Below, piece after piece: positions 25,301-38,479 of a stretch of DNA of 64,000 nt. This DNA comes from Azolla caroliniana (Eukaryota > Plantae > Polypodiophyta), in the NCBI GenBank assembly GCA_043228905.1, contig JBHGNT010000013.1, positions 11,346,001 through 11,410,000 of the forward strand. The letters run 5' to 3'. Position numbers and translations under genes: made by a program. Below the pieces are notes generated by a model. The model was not told the origin of the DNA. It was given only the letters and a program-made list of their open reading frames with translations, and did no database searches. The stretch's first letter is position 1; each line of letters starts with the position of its first letter.

Positions 25301-26347
25301 GAGCTCCATGAGTCGTGTAGTTAATGAAGAGAGAGAGTGACTATATAAAGAACCCTCCTCCCTCTTTGTATAATGTTGAGTCTTTCTCCTTTGTTAATAC
25401 AATCTACCTTGCGTATACTCTGTGTCTTACTTCTCACTCACTCTCTCTCTCATACACACACATTTCACACCTATTCCGCTACACAAGAATCATACCCGAT
25501 TCTTTACAGGTCTCTTGTAAAGGGGTTGCCCATTTTGAGTTAGGGGGGTTCCCGTTAGATTTAGGGCTTGGTAGTTTTCTCTATTCTTATTTTCTTAGGG
25601 TTTCTACTTTGGTCTCCTTCACCCTATTCCATTTTAGGGTTTCATTTTTGGTCTTCTTCTTCTTTGTCTTATGGGTTTGATTCCTTCTTCTTGAGTGGAG
25701 GTTTAGTAGTTCGTCTTGTTCTTCATCTTGTGAGAGATCATGGGAGATTTAGGGTTTCGGGTTTCTTTATGTGATCTAGGTTTCATGAGCTTGGCGTTTT
25801 GGGTTTACTTTCTTCTTGGTCGAGTTAGTGTTTTGGTTTGGGGTTTCTAGAATGGTGGCCCTTCGGCATTCCGGTGGTGACACTTGGAGGCTCAACTTCC
25901 TCTCCTTGATGGAGAGTGTTTCGCATGGCGGCCGGTTCGAGAAGGGATGGTGAAGTGGCACGGGAACACTCCACCGTCTTCAGGGCGTGACCAACGGTGG
26001 ATGTCGTAGTCCCGGTGGCCCACTTGTCTCGCCTTCGCTGGTTCCCATTCTTAACTTGTTGTATAGCTGTTTGTTTTGTGATAGCCACCGGATTCGTGGC
26101 ATGTAAGCGTCTTGTTGTAAACATTTTGTAATATATATTTATGTTGGTGTATATCTATCTTCCGTTGTAACATATTCGAGTCAAGTCCTTAATCATGGCG
26201 AACCGTTCCTTGAGCCCCACCTTCATTGGATCCGAAAGCCGATTCCGAAGCTCGCAAAGCTTAAGGCCTCCGTCATCCGACTCCCTCGTCTGTGACCCCC
26301 TATGGTTCCACCTAAGATCCTACACATATCTGTAGAATACCGCGACA

Positions 26348-26513
26348 ACGCATGTGGCATAGCCTCTTGTGCCACAACTCACCGATTGTGTTGACTGCCA
26401 CATTTACTTCCTCCTGGCATACTCGAGCATGCATTAGATACAATGTGTTTGTCTTCCGGACTCTGACCATGATTTGGTTTCCCTAGCAGAACTTCAATGT
26501 GTCATTCCGGATG
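26348..26513 (-). pseudogene. Copia H fragment 4 (protease-integrase linker)
   Basis: IRNDTLKF..ELWHKRLCHM. Confidence 0.75.
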
Positions 26514-26812
26514 TGTCATGATATAGCATGGTATGACATTAAAAGGATTTGAACCCATGACCTTGTGTCACATGGGTCGAAGCCCTACAAGTAAACTATA
26601 CATTGTAATACAAAGAATATTATTTTCATTTATTATTTCACTATAGAAAATTGATGTATATTCCAGATTTCTCGAAACTTCAGGAGTACTCCTGATAGCA
26701 CTATAAAAAGAGGCACAAGGCATTATTTCGAACCAATTCGGTTCAACGCCAGTCTTAAGCCTCCTAGCTATTCTTGTACTTACTCTTCATATAATATATC
26801 ATCTATTATCAT

Positions 26813-26847
<35 letters not shown>

Positions 26848-28300
26848 GTCTTACACACTCCCTTCCTCTTAGTATTAATCCTCATAGTACTTTCCTTCTC
26901 TAGTACTAATTCTTTCCTCATAGTACTTTCCTTCTCATGATATAACATGGTATGGCATTAAAAGGATTCGCAAACTTCTATCGCAAGTTTATACAAGACT
27001 ACTCAAAGCTTATTTTGCCGCTCATATAGCTTATAAAAAAGGGTCAATCGTTTGTTTGGTCTAAGGAAATAGACACGACTTTTCAGGGTCTCAAGAAAGC
27101 ATTTACATTAGCTCTTGTTTTACCTCATGTTGATCCACAAAAACCATTTGTCATGGAGGCAAACACGTCAGATTTTGCTCTAGGTAGTATTTTATCACAA
27201 CAAGGCGATGATGAGAAGCTACATCCCTTGGCGTTTCACTCACGCAAATTTGACGCCGCCGAAATCAACTACGAGATACATGACAAGGAGCTATTAGCAA
27301 TCGTGGACTCTTTTGCACAATGGAGGCATTTTTTAGAAGGATCTCCTCATCAAGTCATTGTATTTAGTGATCACAAGAATCTTGCCTACTTTCAGAATGC
27401 TTGCATGTTAAATAGACGACAAGCTTAGTGGGCCCAGTTCCTCACTCATTTTGATTTTAAGATTACATATCGTTTGGGCAAGCAACAGGGGAAGGCTCTA
27501 TGCATTATCACGACGCTCATATCTAGCTCCTCGTCTTGGTGATCCAGCCTTCAACGTGGGTCTTTGACACTCCATTGGATTCCTGCATTATCAACACCAT
27601 ACGTGAAGATTTGAAGACAGATGTTTTCGCTCAAGCCATTCTAGATCAAATCGATTCTTCTCGGGCATCTTGTTCACGATCACAACAACTAAGTATAGAT
27701 TATCAGCAATTTGAATGTCATAATGGATTACTCTTCTTTAAGAAACTTTTGTATGTTCCCAATGGTTCGTGCCGCTTTCGAATAGTACAAAATTGTCATG
27801 ACACATATACAACCGGACATTTTGGTAGTACTAAAACATTGGATTTAGTACGACGATCATTTTGGTGGCCCTGTATGCGAAGATTTGTCGAAGACTATGT
27901 TCGGACATGTGATACATGTTGTAGAGCGAAGATGCCGAGACATCATCCATATGGTTTGTTGGAGCCATTATCGATCCCATGCAAACCATGACAATATATT
28001 TCTCTCAATTTTATCACAGATCTTCCGGATTCGAGGGGTTTCAATGCAGTCCTAACAGTGGTAGATCAATTTACTAAGATGACACATTTCGTGCCCTGTA
28101 CTAAAGAAATTACTAGTGAAGAAACCATTGGAATTGTTATGCGTGAAGTATTTCGGCATCATGGTCTTCCCGACAGTATCATCAGTGATTGTGGACCGCA
28201 ATTCGTCTCTAAATTTTGGAAGCATCTCTTTAAAATGCTCAAGGTCACCTGCAACCTCTCCTCTGGCTATCATCCCCAAATAGATGGACAAGCTGAACAT

Positions 28301-29319
28301 TGTCGTGTGATTCTTCACACACGATATGAAAAATAATGAAAATAATTATTTTAGATTAGTTTAATGGCTTGGTATGAAAAGATGGACATTTTTAAGAGCT
28401 TCTGAACGCATTTCACTACATATGAAACAGACAACTAAGTATCAAGTTATATGAGTATGAAGTTTGAGAAGATGGGAAAATAGAATTGTGAGATATCCCA
28501 CATAGATAGGATAACATGGTATCCATCATTATATTAACAAACCTAGAACTTATACTTTATATATGTGTGTTTGGAGTATAGAACAATCGAAGTGATTTGG
28601 GCCGAATTGTCATGATAAGCATATGTGGATGAAACTTCTCGAAACGATTTTGGAATTGTTTGGAACACGCGGATCGGTCGGGACAGTCATGACGCATGGA
28701 TCGGGTGGGACGACCGTACGGATCATGCACAGGTCGAACAGTACGATCACATGCAACTAAAGTAAAGGTCATGTGTGGACGCATTCATTTGAACGTACAA
28801 TGCATAAAACTTTAGTTAAAAGACAACGCATGATCGAAAAAGCTATTCATGCACATCTCACATGCATGAACGGTATTATTAGAAGAAAAAGCATGAAATC
28901 TATAGTTAGAAAAAGCATGGATTGCTATGTGCTAAGCCTCTCCCATCACTATATAAGGGTGGAAAGCACAATGTAATAGGGGGGTAATTTTTTCCTTAAG
29001 GGATTAAAGCTATCTCTTACAAAAACCCTAAAATTTTCTTACAAAAGCTATCTCTCGCATAAACGTTAATTTTCCTTACGGAAGCCATATCTCTCAAAAA
29101 CCCTAATTTTTCTTATCTATTAATCTCTTTAAACCTAAACTTCTGTAATCCCAATATTGGGATAGATTATAAATTTTCTTTTCCTTTGCTAATGAAATTG
29201 ATCAAACTTTCTCATTTCTGTTAATTCTTAAAGTATAAACGCACAAATTTGGTATCCTCTGGCCGGAGGCCCTGGGGTCCTGCCTCAAGTTCACGTATCT
29301 TCGTCGTATTTTCTCGATA
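28301..29319 (+). mobile_element. Solo LTR with TGTCGTG start and 4-bp TSD, inserted in the chromovirus integrase
   Basis: Host reading QAE[R]TNQTLEQY rejoins across it; flanks acat/actt; related sequence in reverse orientation at 44729-44785 and 59661-61559. Confidence 0.7.
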
Positions 29320-29794
29320 ACTTACCAATCAAACATTGGAACAATATCTTCGGTGTTTCCTAAGCTATCAACAGGATGATTGGGCGGATATTCTATATTT
29401 TGCTAAATTTGCTTATAATAATTTGACCCACTCCTCTAGTAGGGTTTCACCATTCTATGCTTATATCGACTATCATCCATACTAGTGTATGTTAAAAACT
29501 CCTGAGTTATCCACAAATCCTAGTGTAGAGGATCATTTGGAGCGGTTACAACGAATTCAGGTAGAACTATCTACCCACCTACATCATGCCCAACAAACAC
29601 AGAAGGACTATGCGGATCGTCACCGGCTTCCATCTCCTTTTAATATTGGAGATCGAGTATGGCTATTACGGCGGCACATCAAGACTACTCGACCGTGTGA
29701 CAAAATGGATTATCGACGGCTAGGCCCTTTCCATATTAACGGAAAAATTAATGATGTTACTTTTCGCCTTGATCTTCCTCCACAACTACATATA

Positions 29795-32700
29795 TGTTGG
29801 GATTTCGGTCCCTCCGGATGGGATGTCCGGAGATGAATGACGGCAAGCCCGGTTGCGGTTACGGAACCGGATGTTGAAGAGTACTCGGCATAAAGCCGGA
29901 TGAAGAGTACCCGGCTACGGATCCGGATGATGAAGACCCCGGCTACGGAGCCGGATGCTGAATGTACCCGGAGAGAGATCCGGATGCGGGGACATATTTG
30001 TGAATATGTTTGCCAAGGGCCCTCTAGGCTATATTTGTAAATAGCCCGAAAGTCATATGTGTATAAATATGACTTAGGGCAAACAGTTTGTTGTTGTTGC
30101 TCATTTTTTTGTTCTCACTTAGACGGAGCGAAGTTAGAGTAGCCGAGAGAGAGAGAGAGAGAAAGAGAGAGACGAAGAGGTCGTTGCCTCTGTGTATTAC
30201 CGCCGCCTGTGGCGAAGATAGTGAGCTCAAGGTTGTTGCCTTGTAGCTTCACCATTGTACATCTCTGTTGATAGTGATAGTTGGAGTTTGAGGACTCCCG
30301 TGGTTTTTCCCATTTAGGGTTTTCCACGTAAAACATCCTGTGTGCTCTTCTCTCTATTGTCTTCGTGCATTTTGTATTTCCTGTTTTCTGTGAGTTGATC
30401 CTATTCCTCGGTTGTGGCCGAGCACGGTATTCAACAAAGTGGTATCAGAGCGACGGTAACACAGAAAATGGAAGGCGGCGGTAGTGGGCCTCCGGGCATG
30501 ATGGTGTTGAACTCACAGAACTACGCCGACTGGAAGATAAAGATGGAAGACCTTCTCATCGTCCGAGACCTGTACGAACCGATCGACAATGCCGAGATAC
30601 CCAAGGGGGTAATAGAGTCGGAGTGGAAGCTCCTGAACCGGAAAGCCGTAGCGACAATCCGGCAATATGTCGATGTAAGTGTCCTGCAACATGTGGCGAA
30701 CGATACGAACGCCTATGAGATGTGGCAGAAGCTGTCCGGACTGTATGAGAGGAAGAATGCTCTGACCCGGACCTCCCTGATGAGGAAGATAGTGAATCTT
30801 AAGTACCGGGACGGCGAGAGCATGGTCGAACACATCAGCACGTTCATGGGATTCGTGAACCAGCTTGCGGCGATCAAGTTCCCGTTGGATGACGCAATGC
30901 AAGCCATCATGCTGATGTGTACCCTTCCGGAGAGCTGGGAGAACTTGGTAGTTACTCTCAGCACCTCCTGTAAGGAAGAGAACTTGTCTTTACTAACGGT
31001 AAAAACAAGTATTCTAAATGAAGAAGCGCGTCGGAGAGATAAAGAACCGGCCTCCGACTCGAAGGCGTTGCTTACCGAATCGGAACGGGGAAGACAACGG
31101 AATCGGAGTCCGCAAAGACGGGAGAAGTCAGGGACACGGTCACAGTCGAGGGGAAGACCTACATGCTTCTATTGTGGGAAGCCGGGGCACTTCCAGAAGA
31201 ACTGTCGGCATTTCCAGAAAGACAACGGAACCGACGGTAATGATTCGAAGAAGTCACCGGAGCGAAACGGTGCATACCGGGGAGCCACGGACCGGAGAGG
31301 TCCAGATCGGCGAGGGCAGGACCGGAAAGGAACGACGGCACTCGCGGCAAGTGAAGAAGAGATAATGCTCATTACCGAAGAGAGGGAGCTGAACCTTGCC
31401 GATGAAGAGATGACCTGGGTGGTCGATTCCGGAGCGTCGTTCCACCTGACCCCGGAGAAGAAATACTTCTCATCCTACACAGCCGGTGAGCACGGCTGTG
31501 TCCGGATGGGAAATGAAGGTACATGCCGGATTGCCGGCATAGGAGACGTGTGGCTGATGACATCAACCGGATGCAAAATGCTGCTGAAGGGTGTTCGACA
31601 CGTTCCAGAGGTTCGATTGAACCTGATTTCGGCTGGGAGGCTAGACGATGAAGGCTACACGGGTAGCATCCGGAACGGCGTCATGAAGTTCAGCAAAGGG
31701 AGCCTGATAGTGGCTCGGGCCCGGAAGGTCAACACACTGTACCTGATGAATTCCCGGCTATTTCCGGAGGAGCTGAACGTGGCAGCTGACACTACCGGTG
31801 AGTTGTGGCACAAGAGACTGTGCCACATGAGCGAGAAGGGGATGAAGAGGCTTGCCGAAGACAACCGGATACCGGTAAAGCATGTACACCTGGGGAAGTG
31901 TACCGACTGTCTGGCCGGTAAGCAAAACCGGACCTCCTTCCACTCAAGGCCACCGACGAGACGTAGCGCACCACTGGGGTTGGTACACACTGATGTGTGT
32001 CAGGTAGAAGCGAAGTCACATGGCGGAGCCCAGTACTTCGTAACATTCATAGATGACCATAGCCGGAAGCTGTGGACGGCACCGTTGAAGACAAAGGACC
32101 AAGTATTGTCCGTCTTCAAAGAACTCCACGCGAGAGTGGAAAGAGAATCCGGCAAGAAGCTGAAAGCGATACGAGCGGATAACGGAGGGGAATACCGGGG
32201 GCAGTTCGAGGAGTACTGTCGTTCGAAGGGAATCCGGCTCGAGTTTACTGTGCCGAAGACGCCGGAACTGAACGGGCTGGCCGAGAGGATGAACCGGACC
32301 ATAATGGAGAGGGTCCGGAGTATGCTAGCACATGCGAAATTACCCAAGGGATTTTGGGCTGAGGCAATGTCGACGACGACGTATGTGATAAATAGATCAC
32401 CCTTAGTACCTTTGGACGGAGACACGCCGCAGAGAGTGTGGACCGGTAGGGAAGTATCCTACCGGCATCTGAAGGTGTTCGGGTGTCTCGCATATGTGCA
32501 TGTGGCAAAGGACCGGAGAGGAAAGCTAGATCCAAAGACCCGGCCATGCATATTCCTCGGTTACGGCGATGACGAGTTCGGCTACCGAGTATGGGACCCG
32601 GTCGACAAAAAGATATTCCGGAGTCGTGATATCATCTTCATGGAGGACAAGACACTCGCCGACTGGGAGTCGGAGAAGAAGATGAAGAGCTCCAAGTCGA

Positions 32701-35191
32701 CCGGTGAGGATCAACTCTACGAGGAGCAGTCCCGACCGGCAAGGGATCGGTTAGCACTCGAGGATCCGGCCGAAGACGGTGAAGAAACAGAACCGGCCGA
32801 GGAAGATGAAACTGATACCGGAATCGGCCCCGATCCCGAAATGGATTCGGATGAAGAGGAAACGGAGGAGCCGGTTACCGAAGCTCCGGAACGGAGATAT
32901 CCTCTAAGAGAGAGAAGGGCCCCCCGGAGATTTCCGGAACCAGAACACGTGCTGCTAACCGACGAGGGGGAGCCGGAGAGTTTTGAAGAAGCAAAGCTTG
33001 ACATCCATAGCCGCAGGTGGTTAAGTGCCATGGAGGAGGAGATGGATTCCCTGCATGAGAACCACACATATGAACTTGTGGAGTTGCCGAAAGGAAAGTG
33101 GGCACTTCGAAACAAGTGGGTGTTCAAGCTGAAACCGGGAGATGCCGGAAACCCCCCGAGATACAAAGCCAGGATCGTGGTAAAGGGGTTTCAGCAGAAG
33201 AAGGGCGTCGACTTCGACGAGATATTTGCCCCGGTAGTGAAGATGACCTCCATCCGGACGGTGCTGAGCATAGCGGCAAGCATGGACCTCGAGGTAGAAC
33301 AGATGGACGTGAAGACGGCATTCCTTCACGGTGACCTCGAAGAAGAGATCTACATGCAGCAACCGGAAGGATTCGAGAAGAAAGGGAAGGAGCACCTGGT
33401 ATGCCGGTTGAAGAAGAGCCTCTACGGACTGAAGCAGGCTCCCCGGCAATGGTACCGGAAGTTCGACTCTTTCATGACCGACGAAGGGTACCACAAAACG
33501 CAGTCCGATCACTGCGTGTTTGTGAAGAAGTTCGAAGGAGGAGACTCTCTAATACTCCTCCTGTACGTGGACGACATGTTGATCGTCGGACGGGACTAGG
33601 TCAAGATACGGATGCTGAAGAAAGCGCTTCACCGAACTTTCTCAATGAAGGACCTGGGTCCGGCGAGGCAAATACTAGGGATGCACATCATCCGGGACCG
33701 GAAGAAGAAGCAGTTGTGGCTGTCACAGGAGAAGTACGTGACAAAGGTGCTTCACCGGTTCAACATGTCGGAAGCAAGACCGGTCGGGTCGACCCTCCCG
33801 GCAAACTGCAAGTTGTCCAGCAAGCAAAGCCCCAAGACAAAGGCTGAGAAGGAGGACATGATGAAAGTACCATATGCCTCTGCCGTCGGAAGCTTGATGT
33901 ACGCAATGGTGTGTACAAGACCGGACATAGGATATGCAGTCGGAGTGGTGAGCCGGTACATGAGCAATCCCGGCAAAGAGCACTGGAACGCGGTCAAGTG
34001 GATACTCCGATACCTGAAGGGCACGACAAACGTGTGCCTCCGATTCGGCTCCGGTAAGCCCGAACTCGACGGCTTTACCGATTCGGATATGTCGGCTGAT
34101 GCAGATACCAGCCGGTCCACATCAGGGTATGTAATGACATATGCAGGGGGAGCCGTTTCGTGGCAGTCGAGGTTGCAGAAGACGGTTGCGTTGTCAACCA
34201 CGGAGGCGGAGTACATGGCGGCTGTTGAAGCCGGCAAGGAAATAATATGGATGAAGGACTTCATTAGAGAGCTCGATATCCGGCAGGAGGAGTACCGGCT
34301 CTACTGCGATAGTCAGAGTGCCATCCACCTTGCGAAGAACGCGGCCTACCATTCCCGGACGAAACACATCCAGCGTAGATACCACTGGATCTGGGAAAGG
34401 ATAGAAGACAAGGAGTTCGTACTGACGAAGATCCACACAGACGAGAACGGGTCGGATATGCTGACCAAGGTGCTCACACCCGACAAGCTGGAAGCATGCC
34501 GGAAGAGGATCGGATTGGAGAGACATCCCATGCCGAAGTGAAGGGGGAGTTTGTTGGGATTTCGGTCCCTCCGGATGGGATGTCCGGAGATGAATGACGG
34601 CAAGCCCGGTTGCGGTTACGGAACCGGATGTTGAAGAGTACCCGGCATAAAGCCGGATGAAGAGTACCCGGCTACGGATCCGGATGATGAAGACCCCGGC
34701 TATGGAGCCGGATGCTGAATGTACCCGGAGAGAGATCCGGATGCGGGGACATATTTGTGAATATGTTTGCCAAGGGCCCTCTAGGCTATATTTGTAAATA
34801 GCCCGAAAGTCATATGTGTATAAATATGACTTAGGGCAAACAGTTTGTTGTTGTTGCTCATTTTTCTATTCTCACTTAGAGGGAGCGAAGTTAGAGCAGC
34901 CGAGAGAGAGAGAGAGAAAGAGAGAGACAAAGAGGTCGTTGCCTCTGTGTATTACCGCCGCCTGTGGCGAAGACAGTGAGCTCAAGGTTGTTGCCTTGTA
35001 GCTTCACCATTGTACATCTCTGTTGATAGTGATAGTTGGAGTTTGAGGACTCCCGTGGTTTTTCCCATTTAGGGTTTTCCACGTAAAACATCCTGTGTGC
35101 TCTTCTCTCTATTGTCTTCGTGCATTTTGTATTTCCTGTTTTCTGTGAGTTGATCCTATTCCTCGGTTGTGGCCGAGCACGGTGTTCAACA
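29795..35191 (+). mobile_element. Near-intact Ty1/copia (Tnt1/Tork-like): LTRs 29795-30436 and 34552-35191, PBS-Met 30440-30451, PPT ~34540-34551
   Basis: TSD atata; LTRs differ at roughly 10 positions; full gag-pol. Confidence 0.95.
30468..34541 (+). pseudogene. Copia gag-PR-INT-RT-RNaseH polyprotein with one premature TAG (33597-33599)
   Basis: Zinc knuckle CFYCGKPGHFQKNC, WVVDSGAS, HTDVC..RADNGGEY, LYVDDML, FTDSD; ORF 33612..34541 continues in the same frame. Confidence 0.92.
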
Positions 35192-35650
35192 ATATACATC
35201 CAGTATTTCATAGTTCTCTCCTAGAACCCTATCAGAACAACGTTATCCCAGATCATATTACACCACCTCCACTCCCGATCGAACTTGAAGATGGACTTGA
35301 GTTCGAGGTTGTTGTCATTCTCAACTCCAAGATTGTTCGCAACAAGCTCTATTATTTGGTCAATTGGTTTGGATATAGCCCAAGCGAGCGTACTTGGGAA
35401 CCAATGACGAATTTGGCGAATGCTCGAGCTCTTCTTGAAGACTTCCATCATCAATATCCGAACAAACCAGGTCCTCAATCAAAGACAACTCGTAACACTC
35501 ATCGTTTAAAAGGGGGGGATAGTGTCATGATATAGCATGGTATGGCATTATAACCTATATATGTGTACTATCATGTATTGTTATAGCACATTAAACACAT
35601 TGTGATATATTCAATGTGTTGTGTTAATTAATTTTTTAGTTAAAATCGGT

Positions 35651-35960
35651 TATCTAAGAGAGGAGGGGAAGCATTTGTTAGGTTCTACACCTAGTAAATG
35701 GTAGCTTAAGAGTTCTTGGTTTTGCACGTTTCGTTTCACAAACCATGGGGTAAATGACAATTTGAGCCAACAACATGACCATGGTAGGGAGATAGAACCC
35801 CGTTCAAGAGAAAGATGTGTGTGTGTGGGGGGGAGGGGGGGACAACGTAACATACCTTAGAAGCATAAAACACGGGCATATGGTTTCACCCTCTAATTTT
35901 CCTCATATAATATTTTCCCTAGTCTTTTCTATTTTCGTCACTATTCCCTTTCTTCGTTGT
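35651..35960 (+). repeat. ~305-bp segment duplicated in direct orientation at 41710-42013
   Basis: tatctaagagaggaggggaagcattt..ctattcccttt occurs twice; near-identical short ORFs 35650..35853 and 41709..41933. Confidence 0.85.
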
Positions 35961-36519
35961 TCCCTAGTCAAATAATAAAGGTGTGCTCTCAACCAATTAG
36001 TCTCACTAAGGCAAGCTCCCAAGTAGTTGATGTGACAAAGCCATTTTCTTGAACAAGTCAATCTCAAGAAGCCAAATTCTTGAGGTGTCAATCTTGCAAA
36101 GTTGTTGAGCTCCCACATAATTGATCTAATTAATTGTGAAGTGAGCTCATGATAATACGCTTAAAGGTAGGATAATATGAGTTTAGGGTAAAGAACACTT
36201 CAATAACTTTTCGAGGAAATACAATTGACGCGATGACGAACGTGATGAAGACAACTGTGTAGCCTATCACCGCCTTGCCTTTTGCCGCCTAGCTTACCGC
36301 CGCAACCGGCTTACCTCCTATCGGGTATGGCTCAGCCGCTGGCCACCTCTCTTCAACGATCATTGTTGGTTATTCAGCCTTTGTTGCCACGTCTGTCATA
36401 GTAGCTGCGAGCAAATTGGTGGCCCCTAGCAGTCTGCCCACTGAAATCAAGACAACTAATGTGATCAATCGCTTTGAATCTTCCATTGTCTCGACCTTCA
36501 TTGCCACAACCGTAAATTA

Positions 36520-37440
36520 GGAGCAATTGCCACACCATTGGGAACAATTTAATCAGGGCTCCCATGCAGCTAACTTGGATATCTCACCCATTTTGGACAG
36601 CGCAGTAGAGCTCCTGTTGTTGGAACATGATCAAACATGGATTGTGCAAGAGATTCAACGTTTAGAGAAAAGGACTATCATTGCGCATGTCTTGGGCCTT
36701 CGTCCTACACGCGCTTATCTTTGTTTTTCAAGCCGCTTTGAAACAAGATCTTGACAACATTACGGATGTACAAATACTCGGTAGAAACTACTATCAACTA
36801 GAGTTCGAGCTAGAATGCATGGTACCAATTTTGTTGGAAAAGAAAATGGTAGCAGTCAAGCGAGGCTAGATCTCTTTTCACAAGTGGATTCACAATTTCT
36901 ACGCAAATCAGGTGCATCCTGATTTTGATTCATATCAAACATGTGTGGTTGTTTTTCCTAATTTGCATAAAGAATGGTTGCCTTCTATGCATGTGATTGC
37001 TAGTACTATTGGTACGGTTTTAGAAATTTTTGATAAACCACGCCGGATCGAAGATAAGTATCTAGGAGTTGCATCTACTAAGCTTTTGCTTTCTAAGTTC
37101 ACAAGTTTACCTTCAAACATTTTGTTGCCCAATTTACTTGACCCATTATAGGCATCCTATTCTTAGAAAATCTTGTATAGGGGTTTGCTGAATCAGTGCT
37201 TCCGTTGTTTTGGGTTTGGTCATTTGCAAAATATTGCCTGAAATTTAATGATGACATTGACAAGCATACACCTAGCACAACTGTAGTTCCAAATCAAAAT
37301 AGATCTGATGGTTGGACCACAGTGGAGCATAAGAAGACATCTCCACATGTATCTCTAAATAAACCTTCACAAGTGCCAATTAACAATATGAAAGAATTCC
37401 CTCCATTGTAGAATATGTATAATGCCCTCCAAATAGAAGA
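36520..37440 (+). pseudogene. L1-type LINE ORF1 relic (DUF4283-like region plus zinc knuckle)
   Basis: IIAHVLGLRP..VQILGRNYYQLEF..FHKW..IASTIGTVL..NQCFRCFGFGHL..YC with frameshifts and stops. Confidence 0.7.
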
Positions 37441-37560
37441 GGAAAGTTCACAAGAAGTGAATAATGGGAATCATTCATTGTTCCACCTTCCTCAACAGAA
37501 ACTCAATTCATGATGAGATTTGGACCAAATTCATTGATATGAAGAAGCATGAATCCGGGA

Positions 37561-38222
37561 TGTTGGTAAGTTTGAGTTCAACATATCTATTTTGTGACTT
37601 GTAAGTATGAAATTTGTGGGCCGGATCGGTTGAACAAACCGAGAGCCAAATCGGATGAAGACCGATCAGCTAGGCCCAGATCGGATTGGGAAGCCCGATC
37701 GTGAGCAGGATCGAAGAGCTGGTAGGCCGTTAGAGGCCTACACACCTAGATTAGTAGGTAATCATAGTTTTTTGGAGTTAGTGACAGTAGCTCAGTTATG
37801 AGCATTGAAGTGCTTGTTAGTACTTCTAACCATCCTTTATGGAGTTGTACAGAAGTGCTCACTGAGCACATTTGTACGTATAGAGTATTATTTTGAAATT
37901 GAGATTTTGTGTGTTCTGCTCTCTCTCTCTCTCTCTCTCTCTCTCCCGTGTATTGTGTGTGTTCTTCCATTGTTCTTTGAATTTTCTGTTGTTGTCCGAT
38001 TGAGCCGGTTGTGTATGTTTTAGGTTCTGCATCTTAATATTTACATGGTATCCGAGCGTGAGAGTTGAGAATCCTCTGCTACTGACAAGTGTTCAACACA
38101 AACAAACCCTAACACCCGGTTAAGAACATACAAGAAGAAGAAAATGGACAGACGCATGGCAAGCTCACTTCTGACGGAGAAGCTCGATCGGAGCAACTAC
38201 GCATCTTGGTCCTACAAGATGC
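37561..38222 (+). mobile_element. Copia 5' LTR (37561-38045), PBS (38046-38057) and gag start; gag resumes at 44479-44730
   Basis: TG..CA followed by tggtatccgagc; MDRRMASSLLTEKLDRSNYASWSYKM, then GHSY*SYVEG..ARKLQL at 44479. Confidence 0.8.
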
Positions 38223-38479
38223 GGTTATATGCTTTGAGTAGTTACGCAATCGTGATCACACAAGGAGATTAGTGTAAGGCTTGAAATGAAGTGCTTAACA
38301 CCTAATACCACTGAAAAGTGAGAGACAAAGAATCTCTAGCATAAGTTTTAATGTTGAGGAACAAGAACTAAAAATGCACAAAAATGGTTATGGCCCTTGG
38401 GAATCACGTACTCTACCTATTGTAGGGAGGCTAACAACATTATAATGTGTGGTTTTTACATACAATATAATTATATAAT

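Larger units (their letters stand above)
9654..25508 (+). mobile_element. Ty1/copia element A: 5' LTR 9654-10056, PBS-Met from 10057, gag-PR-INT 10216-12423, truncated 3' LTR 25303-25508
   Basis: Perfect TSD ggtct at 9649-9653 and 25509-25513; tggtatcaaag PBS; WFVDSGASNHMT and HSDVWGP..RSDGGKEY motifs; premature stops. Confidence 0.85.
9428..26347 (+). mobile_element. Solo LTR of a 4-bp-TSD gypsy family, split into 9428-9653 and 25514-26347 by a copia insertion
   Basis: Starts TGTCGTG, ends CGCGACA; flanks acgt/acgc; host H reading (LWHKRLCHM|EKGM) rejoins across it; similar to the LTR at 13496. Confidence 0.75.
26514..35550 (+). mobile_element. Decayed chromovirus (Tcn1-like): 5' LTR 26514-~26934, RT end/RNaseH/INT/chromodomain 26960-35510, PPT ~35510-35522, start of 3' LTR 35523-35550 (remainder inverted at 41302-41709)
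   Basis: Close homology to the intact element at 48049-53846 (AFHSRKFDAAEINYEIHDKELLAIV; chromodomain FEVVVILNSKIVRNKLYYLVNW); TSD ggatg at 26509 and its reverse complement catcc at 41297. Confidence 0.85.

Noticed and set aside
30414-30467. N-terminal extension of the 1061-aa ORF
   Set aside because: The GTG start lies inside the LTR and runs through the PBS; ATG 30468 is the more likely start
33597-33599. Programmed stop-codon readthrough in copia pol
   Set aside because: The TAG lies mid-RT just after YVDD and lacks a CARYYA context; a deamination-type point mutation is simpler
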